A stretch of DNA of 64,000 nt from Nitrospinota bacterium (GTDB taxonomy: Bacteria > Nitrospinota_A > UBA7883), in the NCBI GenBank assembly GCA_965223725.1, contig CBDCXE010000006.1, forward strand, positions 610,012 to 674,011, in the 5' to 3' direction. Below the pieces are notes generated by a model. That model saw nothing but the letters and a program-made list of their open reading frames with translations, made no database searches and was not told the DNA's origin. The position numbers and the translations under genes were made by a program. Numbering within the stretch: the first letter of the stretch is position 1; every line of letters starts with the position of its first letter. This document shows, piece by piece, positions 17,734 through 32,069 of the stretch.

Positions 17734-20700
17734 ATGAGTAAAACAGTAGGCTACAGATCAGGTAGAGAGCCGATCAAGCGGCAGAATTTTTCAAGGATTC
17801 CATCGATCATTGATATTCCCAACATGCTTGAGGTTCAAACCAGATCGTACGAGAAGTTTCTGCAAAGAAACAGCCAACCTAATAATCGCGAAGATATAGG
17901 TTTACTGGAAGTATTTACCAGAACATTTCCGATTTCAGATTATAACGACACGGCGACACTTGAGTTCAAAGGCTATGAGCTTGGCATCTGGGAGTGCAAC
18001 TGTGGCGAATATATGGAGCTCGGCGGCCCTGGTGTTGTATGCGCCAGTTGCGGCAAAGAGGTTGTATACAAAGAGAAATTCCAGGTCAGTGAATGCCGCC
18101 AAAGGGGGCTGACGTACGCCGATCCTTTAAAAATACTGGTCCAACTTATCATATATAGCGTTGATGAAGATACGGGCGAGAAAGTGATCCGGGAAGTCAA
18201 GGAACAGAAAATATACCTGGGTGAGATCCCTTTGATGACCCAGACCGGCACATTCATTATAAATGGAACAGAGCGTGTGGCGGTAAGCCAGATGCACCGT
18301 TCGCCAGGTGCAGTATTTACATCGGAAAAGGGTAAAGGCTCCCAGGCGGGGCAGATGGTCTATTCCGCCAGGCTGATACCGTACAGGGGTTCCTGGCTCG
18401 ACTTCGAGTTCGACATCAAGGATTTTCTGAATGTGCGTATCGACCGGCGCAGAAAGTTTTTTGTCACTACACTGTTAAGGGCTTTGGGTTACGACACGGA
18501 AGATATCTTGTCATATTTTTATAAATTTGTGCAGGTTAACTATAATACGGACAAGGATGAGTTTAACGTCAATACTGGCAAAGAGCTGCTCGGTATAGGC
18601 TTCAAGCCGGCATCAGAGGTCAAGGATGGGAAGACCGGCGATGTTATAGCCAAGGCAGGCCGCAAGCTGACAAAGAAAAGCATGAAGCTGATGCTGGCGT
18701 CTGGCGTAGAATCAATGCCGATCGACGCTGAAGATTTAATTGGCAAATTTTGCGCGGAAGATGTGGTGGACGAGCAGTCTGGCGAAGTGCTAATCGAGAT
18801 CAACACTGCAATCTCTGAAGAAACGTTGGATATCATAAGGTCGAGAAAGATCAGCGGCTTTCAGATTTTGGGTATCGGTGAACAGTTAAACGATACAGCC
18901 ATCCGAGATACAATGGCGCTCGACAAGGTTGAAACGGAAGAAGAAGCGTTAAAAGAGATTTATAAACGAATGCGTCCAGGAGATCCGCCCACGGCTGAAA
19001 CCGCAAAAACGCTATTCGACAACCTTTTTTTCGACCCAAAACGGTATGACCTCTCGGAGGTGGGCCGGCTGAAATTGAATGACAAGCTGGAACTTGATTA
19101 TCCATTGAACCAGAGGTTGCTTACCAAAGAAGATATTTTAAAAACGGTCCGTGTCCTGATCGATCTGCGACAAGGCATCGGGCAGACTGATGACATCGAC
19201 CATTTAGGCAACCGGAGAGTTCGATCCGTGGGCGAGTCGGTGGAAAACCAGTTCCGGGTTGGGCTTGTCCGTATGGAAAAGGCAATCAAGGAGCGGATGA
19301 ACATGATGGATCTTGCGGTATCAATGCCGCACGACCTGATAAACGCGAAGCCTGTTACCGCCGCTATAAGGGAGTTTTTCGGATCGAGCCAGCTATCACA
19401 ATTTATGGATCAGACAAACCCGCTTTCGTCTATCACCCACAAACGGCGTTTATCGGCATTGGGTCCTGGCGGTTTGACCAGGGAGCGCGCAGGGTTCGAA
19501 GTGCGTGACGTGCACCCCAGCCACTATGGCCGGATATGCCCCATCGAAACCCCTGAAGGGCCGAACATCGGTCTGATCTCTTCTCTGTCGACTTTTGCGC
19601 GGGTTAACGATTTTGGGTTTATCGAAACACCATACAGAAAAGCGGAGAACGGCGTTGTCACCAACGAGGTGCATTATCTGTCCGCCATGGAAGAGGATAA
19701 ATATACGATCGCGCAGGCGAACGCGCTGCTGGATGAAAATGGCAGGTTCATCAAGGACCTGATCCAGACCAGGCAACGGGGCGATTATGTCATGGCGCCG
19801 CCGACCGAGATCGACTATATGGATGTCTCGCCCAAACAGCTGGTGTCTGTGGCCGCCGCGCTGATACCGTTTTTGGAGAATGATGACGCCAACAGGGCGC
19901 TGATGGGGTCTAACATGCAACGTCAGGCTGTGCCTTTATTACATACGGAAGCGCCACTGGTGGGCACTGGTATGGAAGCGATCGTTTCCCGTGATTCCGG
20001 TGCTGTCGTGGTGGCGCGCAACTCTGGCGAGGTTATCAGCCTCGACTCTGGCCGTATCGTTGTCCGAACAGACGCAAAGAGCAGGGATAAATCCCAGGTG
20101 GATATTTATAACCTGACGAAGTATGACCGGTCGAACCAGAACACCTGTGTCAACCAGATACCGATCGTGTCGTTGGGGCAAAAGATCAAAAGCGGCGATG
20201 TGATCGCCGATGGTCAATCGACCGACCGGGGCGAGCTGGCGCTGGGTCGTAACGTGCTGGTGGCTTTTATGCCATGGAACGGCTACAACTTCGAGGACGC
20301 TATCATAGTCTCGGAGAAGCTGGTGAAACGGGATGTGTACACTTCGATTCATATTGAGGAGTTTGAAGTAGAAGCGCGCGATACCCGACAGGGCAATGAA
20401 GAGATCACCGCTGATATACCGAATATTTCTGAAGAAGCGCTCAAAAATCTCGACGAGTCAGGAATCATCAGGATAGGCGCCAAGGTAAAGACCGGAGATA
20501 TCCTGGTCGGCAAAGTTACTCCTAAAGGTGAAACGCTATTATCACCGGAAGAAAAGCTGCTAAAAGCGATTTTCGGTGAAAAAGCGGGCGATGTGCGTGA
20601 CACATCCCTGAAAGTTCCGCCTGGAAACGAAGGAACCGTTATCAGCGTAAAAGTGTTCACCCGCAGGGGCGCGGAAAAGGACGCGCGCACCCTGGCCATA

Positions 20701-21783
20701 GAGGAAGAAGAAAAGGCCCGCCTGGAGAAAGATATGTCGGAGGAGATTTCGATTGTTTCGCAGGAGCGGGATGTGAAACTGCGCTCCATGCTGGTGGGAA
20801 GGGAAGTGGCAGCCCCTCTAAAAAGAGGGTCGAAAGATGACATAGAGGCCAAAACAATTCTTACAGAGGAAGTGTTGGCGGATCTGGATGGCAGGGACCT
20901 GCTTAAACTCGAAATTTCTAAACCGGGCGACATTATTGAAAAAATTACCCAGGTGGAAGAAGAGAGCAAAACACTGATTGATGAGCTTCGCAACAGATAT
21001 GAAGATCGAATCGATAAATTCTCCCGGGGCGACGAGCTGGCCCCTGGTGTTATCAAGATGGTCAAGGTATATGTCGCCATCAAGCGCAAACTTCAGGTGG
21101 GTGACAAAATGGCCGGAAGACATGGTAACAAAGGTGTTGTCTCTGTCATCGTGCCAGAAGAGGACATGCCTTTTACAGAGGATGGACAGCCGGTTGAGGT
21201 TGTGCTGAATCCGCTGGGCGTGCCATCCCGTATGAACGTCGGCCAGATAATGGAGACCAATCTGGGCATGGCGGCCAAGCGTCTTGGCGAGCATATGATG
21301 ACCCCGGTGTTTGATGGGGCGCATGAAAAAGATATTACTGATCTGCTGGAGCAATCGGGTTATCCGGCCAATGGCAAGATCTCGCTGATTGATGGAATGA
21401 GCGGCGAACAGTTCGAGCAGAAAGTGCTGGTCGGCTATATATATATGCTCAAGCTGCACCATCTGGTGGACGACAAGATACATGCCCGTTCCACCGGCCC
21501 ATACTCGCTGGTTACCCAACAGCCCTTGGGCGGCAAGGCCCAGTTCGGTGGACAACGGTTGGGTGAAATGGAGGTCTGGGCGCTGGAGGCCTATGGCGCC
21601 GCGCATACCCTGCAGGAGATGCTGACCGTTAAATCGGACGATGTGGAGGGCCGCAAACGGATGTATGAGTCGATCGTTAAAGGTGATCATTCCCTCAACC
21701 CCGGCCTTCCGGAATCGTTTAACGTCCTGGTCAAAGAGCTGCAGGCGCTGGCCCTGGATGTGGAGCTGATGCAACAGTCGTAG
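17734..21783 (+). CDS. rpoB: DNA-directed RNA polymerase subunit beta
   Basis: 1349 aa. [33 protein letters not shown] and the rest of the universal beta regions. Contains an extra CxC...CxxC insertion at aa 88-112. Confidence 0.97.
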   Translation: MSKTVGYRSGREPIKRQNFSRIPSIIDIPNMLEVQTRSYEKFLQRNSQPNNREDIGLLEVFTRTFPISDYNDTATLEFKGYELGIWECNCGEYMELGGPGVVCASCGKEVVYKEKFQVSECRQRGLTYADPLKILVQLIIYSVDEDTGEKVIREVKEQKIYLGEIPLMTQTGTFIINGTERVAVSQMHRSPGAVFTSEKGKGSQAGQMVYSARLIPYRGSWLDFEFDIKDFLNVRIDRRRKFFVTTLLRALGYDTEDILSYFYKFVQVNYNTDKDEFNVNTGKELLGIGFKPASEVKDGKTGDVIAKAGRKLTKKSMKLMLASGVESMPIDAEDLIGKFCAEDVVDEQSGEVLIEINTAISEETLDIIRSRKISGFQILGIGEQLNDTAIRDTMALDKVETEEEALKEIYKRMRPGDPPTAETAKTLFDNLFFDPKRYDLSEVGRLKLNDKLELDYPLNQRLLTKEDILKTVRVLIDLRQGIGQTDDIDHLGNRRVRSVGESVENQFRVGLVRMEKAIKERMNMMDLAVSMPHDLINAKPVTAAIREFFGSSQLSQFMDQTNPLSSITHKRRLSALGPGGLTRERAGFEVRDVHPSHYGRICPIETPEGPNIGLISSLSTFARVNDFGFIETPYRKAENGVVTNEVHYLSAMEEDKYTIAQANALLDENGRFIKDLIQTRQRGDYVMAPPTEIDYMDVSPKQLVSVAAALIPFLENDDANRALMGSNMQRQAVPLLHTEAPLVGTGMEAIVSRDSGAVVVARNSGEVISLDSGRIVVRTDAKSRDKSQVDIYNLTKYDRSNQNTCVNQIPIVSLGQKIKSGDVIADGQSTDRGELALGRNVLVAFMPWNGYNFEDAIIVSEKLVKRDVYTSIHIEEFEVEARDTRQGNEEITADIPNISEEALKNLDESGIIRIGAKVKTGDILVGKVTPKGETLLSPEEKLLKAIFGEKAGDVRDTSLKVPPGNEGTVISVKVFTRRGAEKDARTLAIEEEEKARLEKDMSEEISIVSQERDVKLRSMLVGREVAAPLKRGSKDDIEAKTILTEEVLADLDGRDLLKLEISKPGDIIEKITQVEEESKTLIDELRNRYEDRIDKFSRGDELAPGVIKMVKVYVAIKRKLQVGDKMAGRHGNKGVVSVIVPEEDMPFTEDGQPVEVVLNPLGVPSRMNVGQIMETNLGMAAKRLGEHMMTPVFDGAHEKDITDLLEQSGYPANGKISLIDGMSGEQFEQKVLVGYIYMLKLHHLVDDKIHARSTGPYSLVTQQPLGGKAQFGGQRLGEMEVWALEAYGAAHTLQEMLTVKSDDVEGRKRMYESIVKGDHSLNPGLPESFNVLVKELQALALDVELMQQS

Positions 21784-21848
21784 GCTACACCGGCGAAACT
21801 GGATTATAAAAATAAAATTTAATAAATATATTTATTAGGAGATACAAA

Positions 21849-26147
<4,299 letters not shown>

Positions 26148-26175
26148 CTCGGCGCCAGGTATAAGTTTTGTATAA

Positions 26176-26204
26176 GCCGGTGACAAACTTCACCGGCTTT
26201 TTTA
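26176..26204 (+). terminator. rho-independent terminator after rpoC (GCCGGTG-AAACTT-CACCGGC + TTTTTT)
   Basis: 7-bp perfect GC-rich stem followed by a T6 run 29 nt after the rpoC stop. Confidence 0.75.
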
Positions 26205-26259
26205 CTTGCTAAATTGGCTGCCTTCATCCGTGTCAAGCAAGCTGGCAGATGAGGAATAA

Positions 26260-28053
26260 ATGTTTGGATTCAAGGAGATTGGGAAAACCGGGAAAAAGAT
26301 ATCCGACATCCTGGAAACCTGGGGATCGCACGAGCATACATTCCTGATTGTGGTTTCCGGCTTGCTCGGTGTAATCTGCGGTTTGCTGGCCGTTGTATTC
26401 GAGCAGTTGATAGATATGGTATGGGATGGTTTTTTCGAACATCCCAAGTTTTTGTTTTCCAGCGATTCCAGCTTATATTACTACATCCTTGTTCCACTGA
26501 TCCCTGCGCTGGGAGGCCTGTTGATCGGGTTGTTGACCTGGCGGTTCAAAATGGGTTACGAGTCTGCTTCCGCCGCTGAAGTGATGAAATGGGCTGCGGT
26601 TGATGGTGGGTCGGTTAAGCCGAGGACCATATGGTTTCGCATGTTATCCACAATTATATTTTTAGGCAGTGGCGGTTCCGGAGGACGTGAAGGCCCCATC
26701 GCGCAAATCTGCGGCGCCATGGGCTCCGCCATAGGTCAGTTTCTGAAAATGTCTACAGACAGGCTGCGACTGCTCGTTGGTTGCGGCGCGGCGGCGGGCA
26801 TCGCGGCGTCGTTTAATGCTCCGATCGCTGGTGTTATTTTCACGGTGGAGCTTATCCTGGGCGACTTTAATGTCATATCGTTCCTGCCGCTGGTCATCAG
26901 CTCTGTCATGGCCACAACCACCAAACGATTACTGATCGGTGATGTGCCCGCATTCGTCGCGCCCTCCTATTCCCTGGTTTCATATTGGGAGATCGTTCTT
27001 TACTTTATCCTTGGTATACTTTGCGGCCTGGTATCGATGCTGTTCTTCAAGGTTTATTTTAAAGTGGATGAATTCTTTAGTAAAAAAGTGAACATTCACC
27101 CTGTTTTAAAACCAGCGTTGGGCGGGCTGATAATCGGGTTCATCGCCATCTTCTTTCCACAGGTGATGGGCGGTGGTTACACTGTGATGGACGATATGCT
27201 AAACGGCCATATGATCTGGTATATTGCGCTGGCGCTTATATTCATGAAGATCATCGCTACTGCGATTTCGCTCGGCTCTGGTGGCTCGGGTGGTGTGTTC
27301 GCTCCTGCTCTGTTTATCGGGTGTATGACCGGGGGTGTGGTGGGTTCGCTGGCAAACGCGGTTTTCCCCGATTCCACAGCTTCCGCTGGAGCGTACGCAA
27401 TGGTGGGTATTGGCGCCGTTATGGCGGCTGTCGCCCATGCGCCGCTCACCAATATATTGATGGGATATGAGCTTACCGGTAATTATCTGATCATTCTCCC
27501 GATCATGACTGCTTGCATTATGTCCACTTTTGTTATGACCCGCTATTCCGACAAATCACTTTATACAGAGAAGCTGAGCCGACGCGGTATTGAGCTGTGG
27601 CGCGGGCGCGACCTGACCATCATGGATAAAATCAAGGTGTCGGATGTGATGCATAAGAGCGTGACCACTATACCCGAACATCTTCCATTCGGCGAGTTGA
27701 TGCAGTTGGTGGCAAGCTCCCGGGATAACTATTTTCCGGTTGTGGACAGGGATGAAAAACTGAGCGGGATAATATCGATGCAGAATATCAGGGAGATCAT
27801 GCTCGACTCGGAAGATCTGTGCAACCTGGTGGTGGCCAAAGAGATTGCCACTCTGGATGTATTGACACTCCATGGCGATAATAACCTGAATGAAGCAATG
27901 GAAAAATTTGGACTGCGTGATATTGAGCAGCTGCCGGTGGTCAGGGCGGACGAGCCGAGGATAATTGTCGGGATGTTGAGCCGTATGGATGTTATCGCCG
28001 CATATAAAAAGGAAGTGCTTAAAAAAACAACATCGGCTGAAGAGAGCGTGTAA
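26260..28053 (+). CDS. ClC-family voltage-gated chloride channel / H+-Cl- antiporter with C-terminal tandem CBS domains
   Basis: GSGGSGGREGP and GSGGSGGVFAP selectivity-filter-like motifs. ~10-12 TM segments. Two CBS-like repeats at the C-terminus. Confidence 0.85.
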   Translation: MFGFKEIGKTGKKISDILETWGSHEHTFLIVVSGLLGVICGLLAVVFEQLIDMVWDGFFEHPKFLFSSDSSLYYYILVPLIPALGGLLIGLLTWRFKMGYESASAAEVMKWAAVDGGSVKPRTIWFRMLSTIIFLGSGGSGGREGPIAQICGAMGSAIGQFLKMSTDRLRLLVGCGAAAGIAASFNAPIAGVIFTVELILGDFNVISFLPLVISSVMATTTKRLLIGDVPAFVAPSYSLVSYWEIVLYFILGILCGLVSMLFFKVYFKVDEFFSKKVNIHPVLKPALGGLIIGFIAIFFPQVMGGGYTVMDDMLNGHMIWYIALALIFMKIIATAISLGSGGSGGVFAPALFIGCMTGGVVGSLANAVFPDSTASAGAYAMVGIGAVMAAVAHAPLTNILMGYELTGNYLIILPIMTACIMSTFVMTRYSDKSLYTEKLSRRGIELWRGRDLTIMDKIKVSDVMHKSVTTIPEHLPFGELMQLVASSRDNYFPVVDRDEKLSGIISMQNIREIMLDSEDLCNLVVAKEIATLDVLTLHGDNNLNEAMEKFGLRDIEQLPVVRADEPRIIVGMLSRMDVIAAYKKEVLKKTTSAEESV

Positions 28054-28071
28054 TCAAAGCATACAAGCTGG

Positions 28072-28983
28072 CTAATATTTTCGCCAATGTTTTGGAACCG
28101 CATGTTGAGAGGCATACCGCTCCAGCTTACGGAAAAGTTTATTAGCTTCTGCGTACTGTTTTTCCGCCAATTGAATAGTTCTTTGCGCATCCGCCGAATT
28201 TTGGCTCTGAATCTTAAGCTTTTCGGTTACCTGTTTCCATCGGTTCCGGGTATCTGCAAAGCGGCGATAATTATTGCGCCACCACCTCTCATCATGGCCA
28301 GCGGGCATATTTCTTTTTGGCTCTGTTTCCTGGAATACGATTACGTTTTTTGATGTGTCGATATTGGTCTTATAATTTGCGACGAAGATCATACCCAGGA
28401 GCCCGTCAAATTCGCTTGAGATGGAATCGACAATCGTGGTCGGCACAAACTCTGTGTATGCTCCACCCACCGATACCTTGTCGATTATTGTTTCAAACGC
28501 CGGTACTATGCCACCGATTCCTCCTGCGGCTGATCGTAATAGTCCTTCATCAGTATCCAGGAGCCCAAGCTTTTTCGCCAGCTTTGGCGAGATTGTTAGT
28601 GTTGGCGCCCCAGTATCAAAGGCCATGGGGACAGTGATGGAATCATTAAAAGTAACCGGTATAATAATCCTCCGGGCATATCCTTCATATGCCCGGTATG
28701 GGACTGTATATCTGTTCAGCTTTAATAACCTGTTTGAAAGTTGAGCAGACGACGCTGGGCTCGATGTATTGCTTTGGGATTTTACTGTGGACCCGGGCTG
28801 CTTTTTGAAATCTTTTGTTTCAATCTGATCTCTGTATTTTGCGGGTATATTTGATTTGGAATCGGTGAAATGCACTTCGCCAGCATCGTCTGTCCATTTA
28901 TAATACTCCGCCGCTTTCGACGTTTGAGCGCCGAGAAGTGTAACTAAAATATAAAGTATTAACTGTGTTGTGAACTGCCTCAT
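28072..28983 (-). CDS. secreted DUF4124-domain protein fused to a retropepsin-like (clan AA) aspartic protease domain
   Basis: Signal peptide. YYKWTDDAGEVHFTD (DUF4124 signature). AFDTGAPTLTIS (the D-T/S-G-A retropepsin active-site motif). Confidence 0.55.
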   Translation of the reverse strand: MRQFTTQLILYILVTLLGAQTSKAAEYYKWTDDAGEVHFTDSKSNIPAKYRDQIETKDFKKQPGSTVKSQSNTSSPASSAQLSNRLLKLNRYTVPYRAYEGYARRIIIPVTFNDSITVPMAFDTGAPTLTISPKLAKKLGLLDTDEGLLRSAAGGIGGIVPAFETIIDKVSVGGAYTEFVPTTIVDSISSEFDGLLGMIFVANYKTNIDTSKNVIVFQETEPKRNMPAGHDERWWRNNYRRFADTRNRWKQVTEKLKIQSQNSADAQRTIQLAEKQYAEANKLFRKLERYASQHAVPKHWRKY

Positions 28984-29124
28984 ACCAGACCCAGCATTGA
29001 TTTAATTTTACTGTTAACAGTATACAGCGTAACTGCGCGCCAGAATATTAAATAGAAATTTAATTGAAATGCTGCTCATGTTTACAGACGTTTATTGTAG
29101 AAAAGTAATATAATAACAATCCAT

Positions 29125-29201
29125 CGGGACGTGGCTCAGTCTGGTAGAGTACTCGCTTCGGGAGCGAGGGGTCGGCGGTTCAAATCCGCCCGTCCCGACC
29201 A
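29125..29201 (+). tRNA. tRNA-Pro (anticodon CGG)
   Basis: Acceptor stem CGGGACG/CGTCCCG. Anticodon loop TTCGGGA. GGTTCAAATCC T-arm. CCA encoded. Confidence 0.88.
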
Positions 29202-29546
29202 CTGCCGTGGGAAGGCCAATTATCCTGTCGGGATTAGTGGCAAGGTTTTTTCTTTGTTTACGAGTGATTGCCAACTCCTCTAATCATATAAGTCCGCAGG
29301 CAAGCTCTGGACCTGAGTCTTCGCGCGCATAGAAGACAACTATGATATACCGCCAATGCAATGAAAGCGCCGCTCAGGCGCCATCGTTTGCTTTTGGATT
29401 GGAATAGAATTCAATTTCATAAGAGTAAACCTTGACTAGTTTCGTTAAATTATAATAAAATGCTAGTTTGCTTAAGATGATAACCGATAGGATGGTCCTC
29501 ATTATTCTGGACTCTGGATCGGGTTAATCGGTAATGGAGGAGTTTG

Positions 29547-29681
29547 ATGAAAAGAACATATCAGCCCCATAATCTCCGTAGGAAAAGAACCCACGGGTTC
29601 ATGGCGCGAAAGAAGACCAAAGGGGGTCGAGCTGTCCTTAAAAGGAGAAGGGCAAGGGGGAGAAAGCGGTTGACGGTATAA
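29547..29681 (+). CDS. rpmH: 50S ribosomal protein L34
   Basis: 44-aa [47 protein letters not shown], not in the ORF track because it is under 60 aa. Canonical L34 sequence and rpmH-rnpA-yidD-yidC context. Confidence 0.9.
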   Translation: MKRTYQPHNLRRKRTHGFMARKKTKGGRAVLKRRRARGRKRLTV

Positions 29682-30040
29682 CCGATGAGCGTCGCTTATT
29701 TAGACAAGCGGATAAGCTTTGTAAATCATCTGAATTTTTAGCAGTTTTTAAAAGTCGGAAACGGGTTTCAGGCGCAGGTTTAGCCATCGGTTACAAGAAG
29801 AATAAGCTAGGCAGATCCAGGCTTGGGCTGGTCGTGCCGCGCAAGGCAGGCAAAGCGCATAATCGTAACCATATCAAACGTATAACGCGTGAAGTTTTCC
29901 GAATAAACAGATCCAGACTGCCGGAGGGTTATGACATTGTTGTGAAAATTGCTCCAAAGGTCATTAACCTTGAATATAACGATATTGAAATGGAGTTTGA
30001 AAATTTGGTTTCAATAATTTTGACGAATAATAGTGAATAA
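29678..30040 (+). CDS. rnpA: ribonuclease P protein component (start codon uncertain; no ATG/GTG/TTG upstream of the conserved N-terminal region)
   Basis: The frame is open from 29642. It encodes [30 protein letters not shown]...[26 protein letters not shown], which matches the RnpA N-terminal consensus. The ORF track's GTG at 29834 would remove the conserved N-terminal half. The only candidate start is ATA at 29678, overlapping the rpmH stop. Confidence 0.55.
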   Translation: MTDERRLFRQADKLCKSSEFLAVFKSRKRVSGAGLAIGYKKNKLGRSRLGLVVPRKAGKAHNRNHIKRITREVFRINRSRLPEGYDIVVKIAPKVINLEYNDIEMEFENLVSIILTNNSE

Positions 30041-30073
30041 AACAGGCGTTGCGCCGAGCCAAATTTAGTAAAC

Positions 30074-30283
30074 ATGAAAAAGATTATTGTATATATATTA
30101 AAAGCTTATAAACTAATGGTTTCGCCATTGTTGCCACCTGCCTGCGGTTATTATCCAACATGTTCTGTATATGCTGTTGAAGCTGTAGAAAAATATGGTA
30201 TTTCGCGTGGCGTTTTTTTCGCCATTAAAAGGCTTCTACGGTGCACTCCGCTCCATAAGGGGGGGTATGATCCTGTTCCATAA
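30074..30283 (+). CDS. yidD: membrane protein insertion efficiency factor YidD
   Basis: 69 aa. YKLMVSPLLPPACGYYPTCSVYAVEAVEKYG...CTPLHKGGYDPVP. Canonical. Confidence 0.9.
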   Translation: MKKIIVYILKAYKLMVSPLLPPACGYYPTCSVYAVEAVEKYGISRGVFFAIKRLLRCTPLHKGGYDPVP

Positions 30284-32062
30284 ATGTTAGATCGCAACTT
30301 TATTCTAGCGCTGGCAGTTTCTGTAACGCTGGTGGTTTCTTATAATCTCTACTATCAGTGGCGCTTTGGTGATTATCTAAATGAACAGCCTGCCAAGCAA
30401 GCAGCGCAACAGGCTGAGAAAGAACAAAAAGCAGAACATCAAGCTGCGCCAGCAGGGCCTCCGACTGATGGCAACAAAGCAACTGTTGATGGTAGCTCCT
30501 CTGCTGTGCCTTCTGCGCCTGCTGTTGAAGGAACTGCGGACGCTCCGGTCCAGCCAGTTGAAAGCGGCAGTTCTGTGGACAATACGAGGCCTGTCTCCGC
30601 AAAAGGGGTGGAGGAGATCAAGATTTCCACAGGTGTGGCACAGATAATCTTGTCCAACCTTGGCGCTGTGCCGGTCGCATATGACTTGACGGAGTATCAT
30701 GATGAGAATGCTGAAAATATAAGCCTTATTTTTGATCAAAAGAAATATAAAGAGAAGTTATTGGAGGAGGGGTATGATGAAGAGGAAAAGGCAGGTTCCA
30801 AATCAGGCGCGAATTTTTACCCGACCCTTGGTCTTAAATTTCCGGTTGGAGCCTTCTCCAGGGTTGTAAATAGAGCATTGTTTAACAGCAATGTATCAGA
30901 AAAAAAAATAGAACTGGCAGAAGGTGATAAACCGAAAACAATAAAGTACAATTTTGTTGACGGATCGGGTGTTGCGGTAGAGAAGATATACACATTCTAT
31001 CCAGGTAAATATTATTTCGATTTTTCCATTATTGTAAAATCAACACCAAAATGGGGCGAGTTTGATTATTCCCTTGTATGGTATGGGCTTGGCGATGAAA
31101 ACAGCGATTTTATATCGTATTACTCATACCTGGGGCCGATCGTGATGGTTAATGGAATGCGGATGGCGGAACCACCTGAAGATGATGAACCTTTAAGAGA
31201 GTATGAAGGCAATATCACATGGGCGGCTTTGACAAACAGATATTTTACGATGTTTGGCATTCCGGAATCGTCAGGAAACCAGTCAGTCTCATCACGGTAC
31301 CTGGACGACTCTAACGCCACATTGGAATGGAACAATAAAGCGCGGCTGATTGAACAACCTTTCAACATTCGGTTCTACCTGGGTCCCAAAAGGCACGACT
31401 TGCTAAAAGAGCATGACCTGGAAATCAAATCGATTATTAACTACGGCTGGTTCGATATAATAGCCAAACCGATGTTTTGGGTTCTGAACCAGTTTCACAG
31501 CTTGACCGGCAACTGGGGTTGGGCGATCATTTTGCTCACGGCTGTTGTAAAAATCCTGTTTTTTCCTTTGACCCAGAGAGGTTTCAAATCGATGCAGAAA
31601 TTGCAAAAACTTCAGCCACAAATGAAGCGATTGCAAGAAGCGTATAAAGATGACAAGGAAAAAATGAACCAGGAGATGATGGCGCTGTATAAAGAGCATA
31701 AGGTAAACCCGGTGGGTGGCTGTATGCCGATGATTTTACAGATACCCATCTTTTTCGCGTTATACAAAGTGCTATTAGAGTCAATAGAGCTTAAAGGGGC
31801 CGAATTTATATTGTGGATCAAGGATTTATCCCTCCAAGACCCCTACTATGTAACGCCATTGCTAATGGGAGCCAGTATGTTTGTGCAGCAGATGATGACC
31901 CCGAAAACAGGAGACCCGATGCAGAGGAAAATGATGATGGCTCTGCCGGTGATTTTTACAGTTATGTTCCTTACCTTCCCTGCCGGGCTTGTTGTTTATT
32001 GGCTCGTAAATAATATATTAACAATTGGACAGCAGTGGATCATATATAGAGAAGCTAAATAA
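30284..32062 (+). CDS. yidC: membrane protein insertase YidC (with N-proximal low-complexity A/Q/P/S-rich periplasmic insertion)
   Basis: C-terminal 60-kDa IMP core WGWAIILLTAVVKILFFPLTQRGFKSMQKLQKLQPQMKRLQEAYKDDKEKMNQEMMALYKEHKVNP. Confidence 0.9.
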   Translation: MLDRNFILALAVSVTLVVSYNLYYQWRFGDYLNEQPAKQAAQQAEKEQKAEHQAAPAGPPTDGNKATVDGSSSAVPSAPAVEGTADAPVQPVESGSSVDNTRPVSAKGVEEIKISTGVAQIILSNLGAVPVAYDLTEYHDENAENISLIFDQKKYKEKLLEEGYDEEEKAGSKSGANFYPTLGLKFPVGAFSRVVNRALFNSNVSEKKIELAEGDKPKTIKYNFVDGSGVAVEKIYTFYPGKYYFDFSIIVKSTPKWGEFDYSLVWYGLGDENSDFISYYSYLGPIVMVNGMRMAEPPEDDEPLREYEGNITWAALTNRYFTMFGIPESSGNQSVSSRYLDDSNATLEWNNKARLIEQPFNIRFYLGPKRHDLLKEHDLEIKSIINYGWFDIIAKPMFWVLNQFHSLTGNWGWAIILLTAVVKILFFPLTQRGFKSMQKLQKLQPQMKRLQEAYKDDKEKMNQEMMALYKEHKVNPVGGCMPMILQIPIFFALYKVLLESIELKGAEFILWIKDLSLQDPYYVTPLLMGASMFVQQMMTPKTGDPMQRKMMMALPVIFTVMFLTFPAGLVVYWLVNNILTIGQQWIIYREAK

Positions 32063-32069
32063 GAGGTGA

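Noticed and set aside
19450-21774. Series of minus-strand ORFs (156, 137, 246, 318 aa) inside rpoB
   Set aside because: They are antisense to RNA polymerase beta. The compositions are low-complexity (Ser/Arg/Leu) and they have no motifs, so they are spurious.
29092-29274. 60-aa minus-strand ORF
   Set aside because: It overlaps the well-formed tRNA-Pro (29125-29201) and is spurious.
29685-29741. ATG at 29685 as the rnpA start
   Set aside because: It is in a different frame from the conserved RnpA sequence and terminates after 18 codons ([18 protein letters not shown]).
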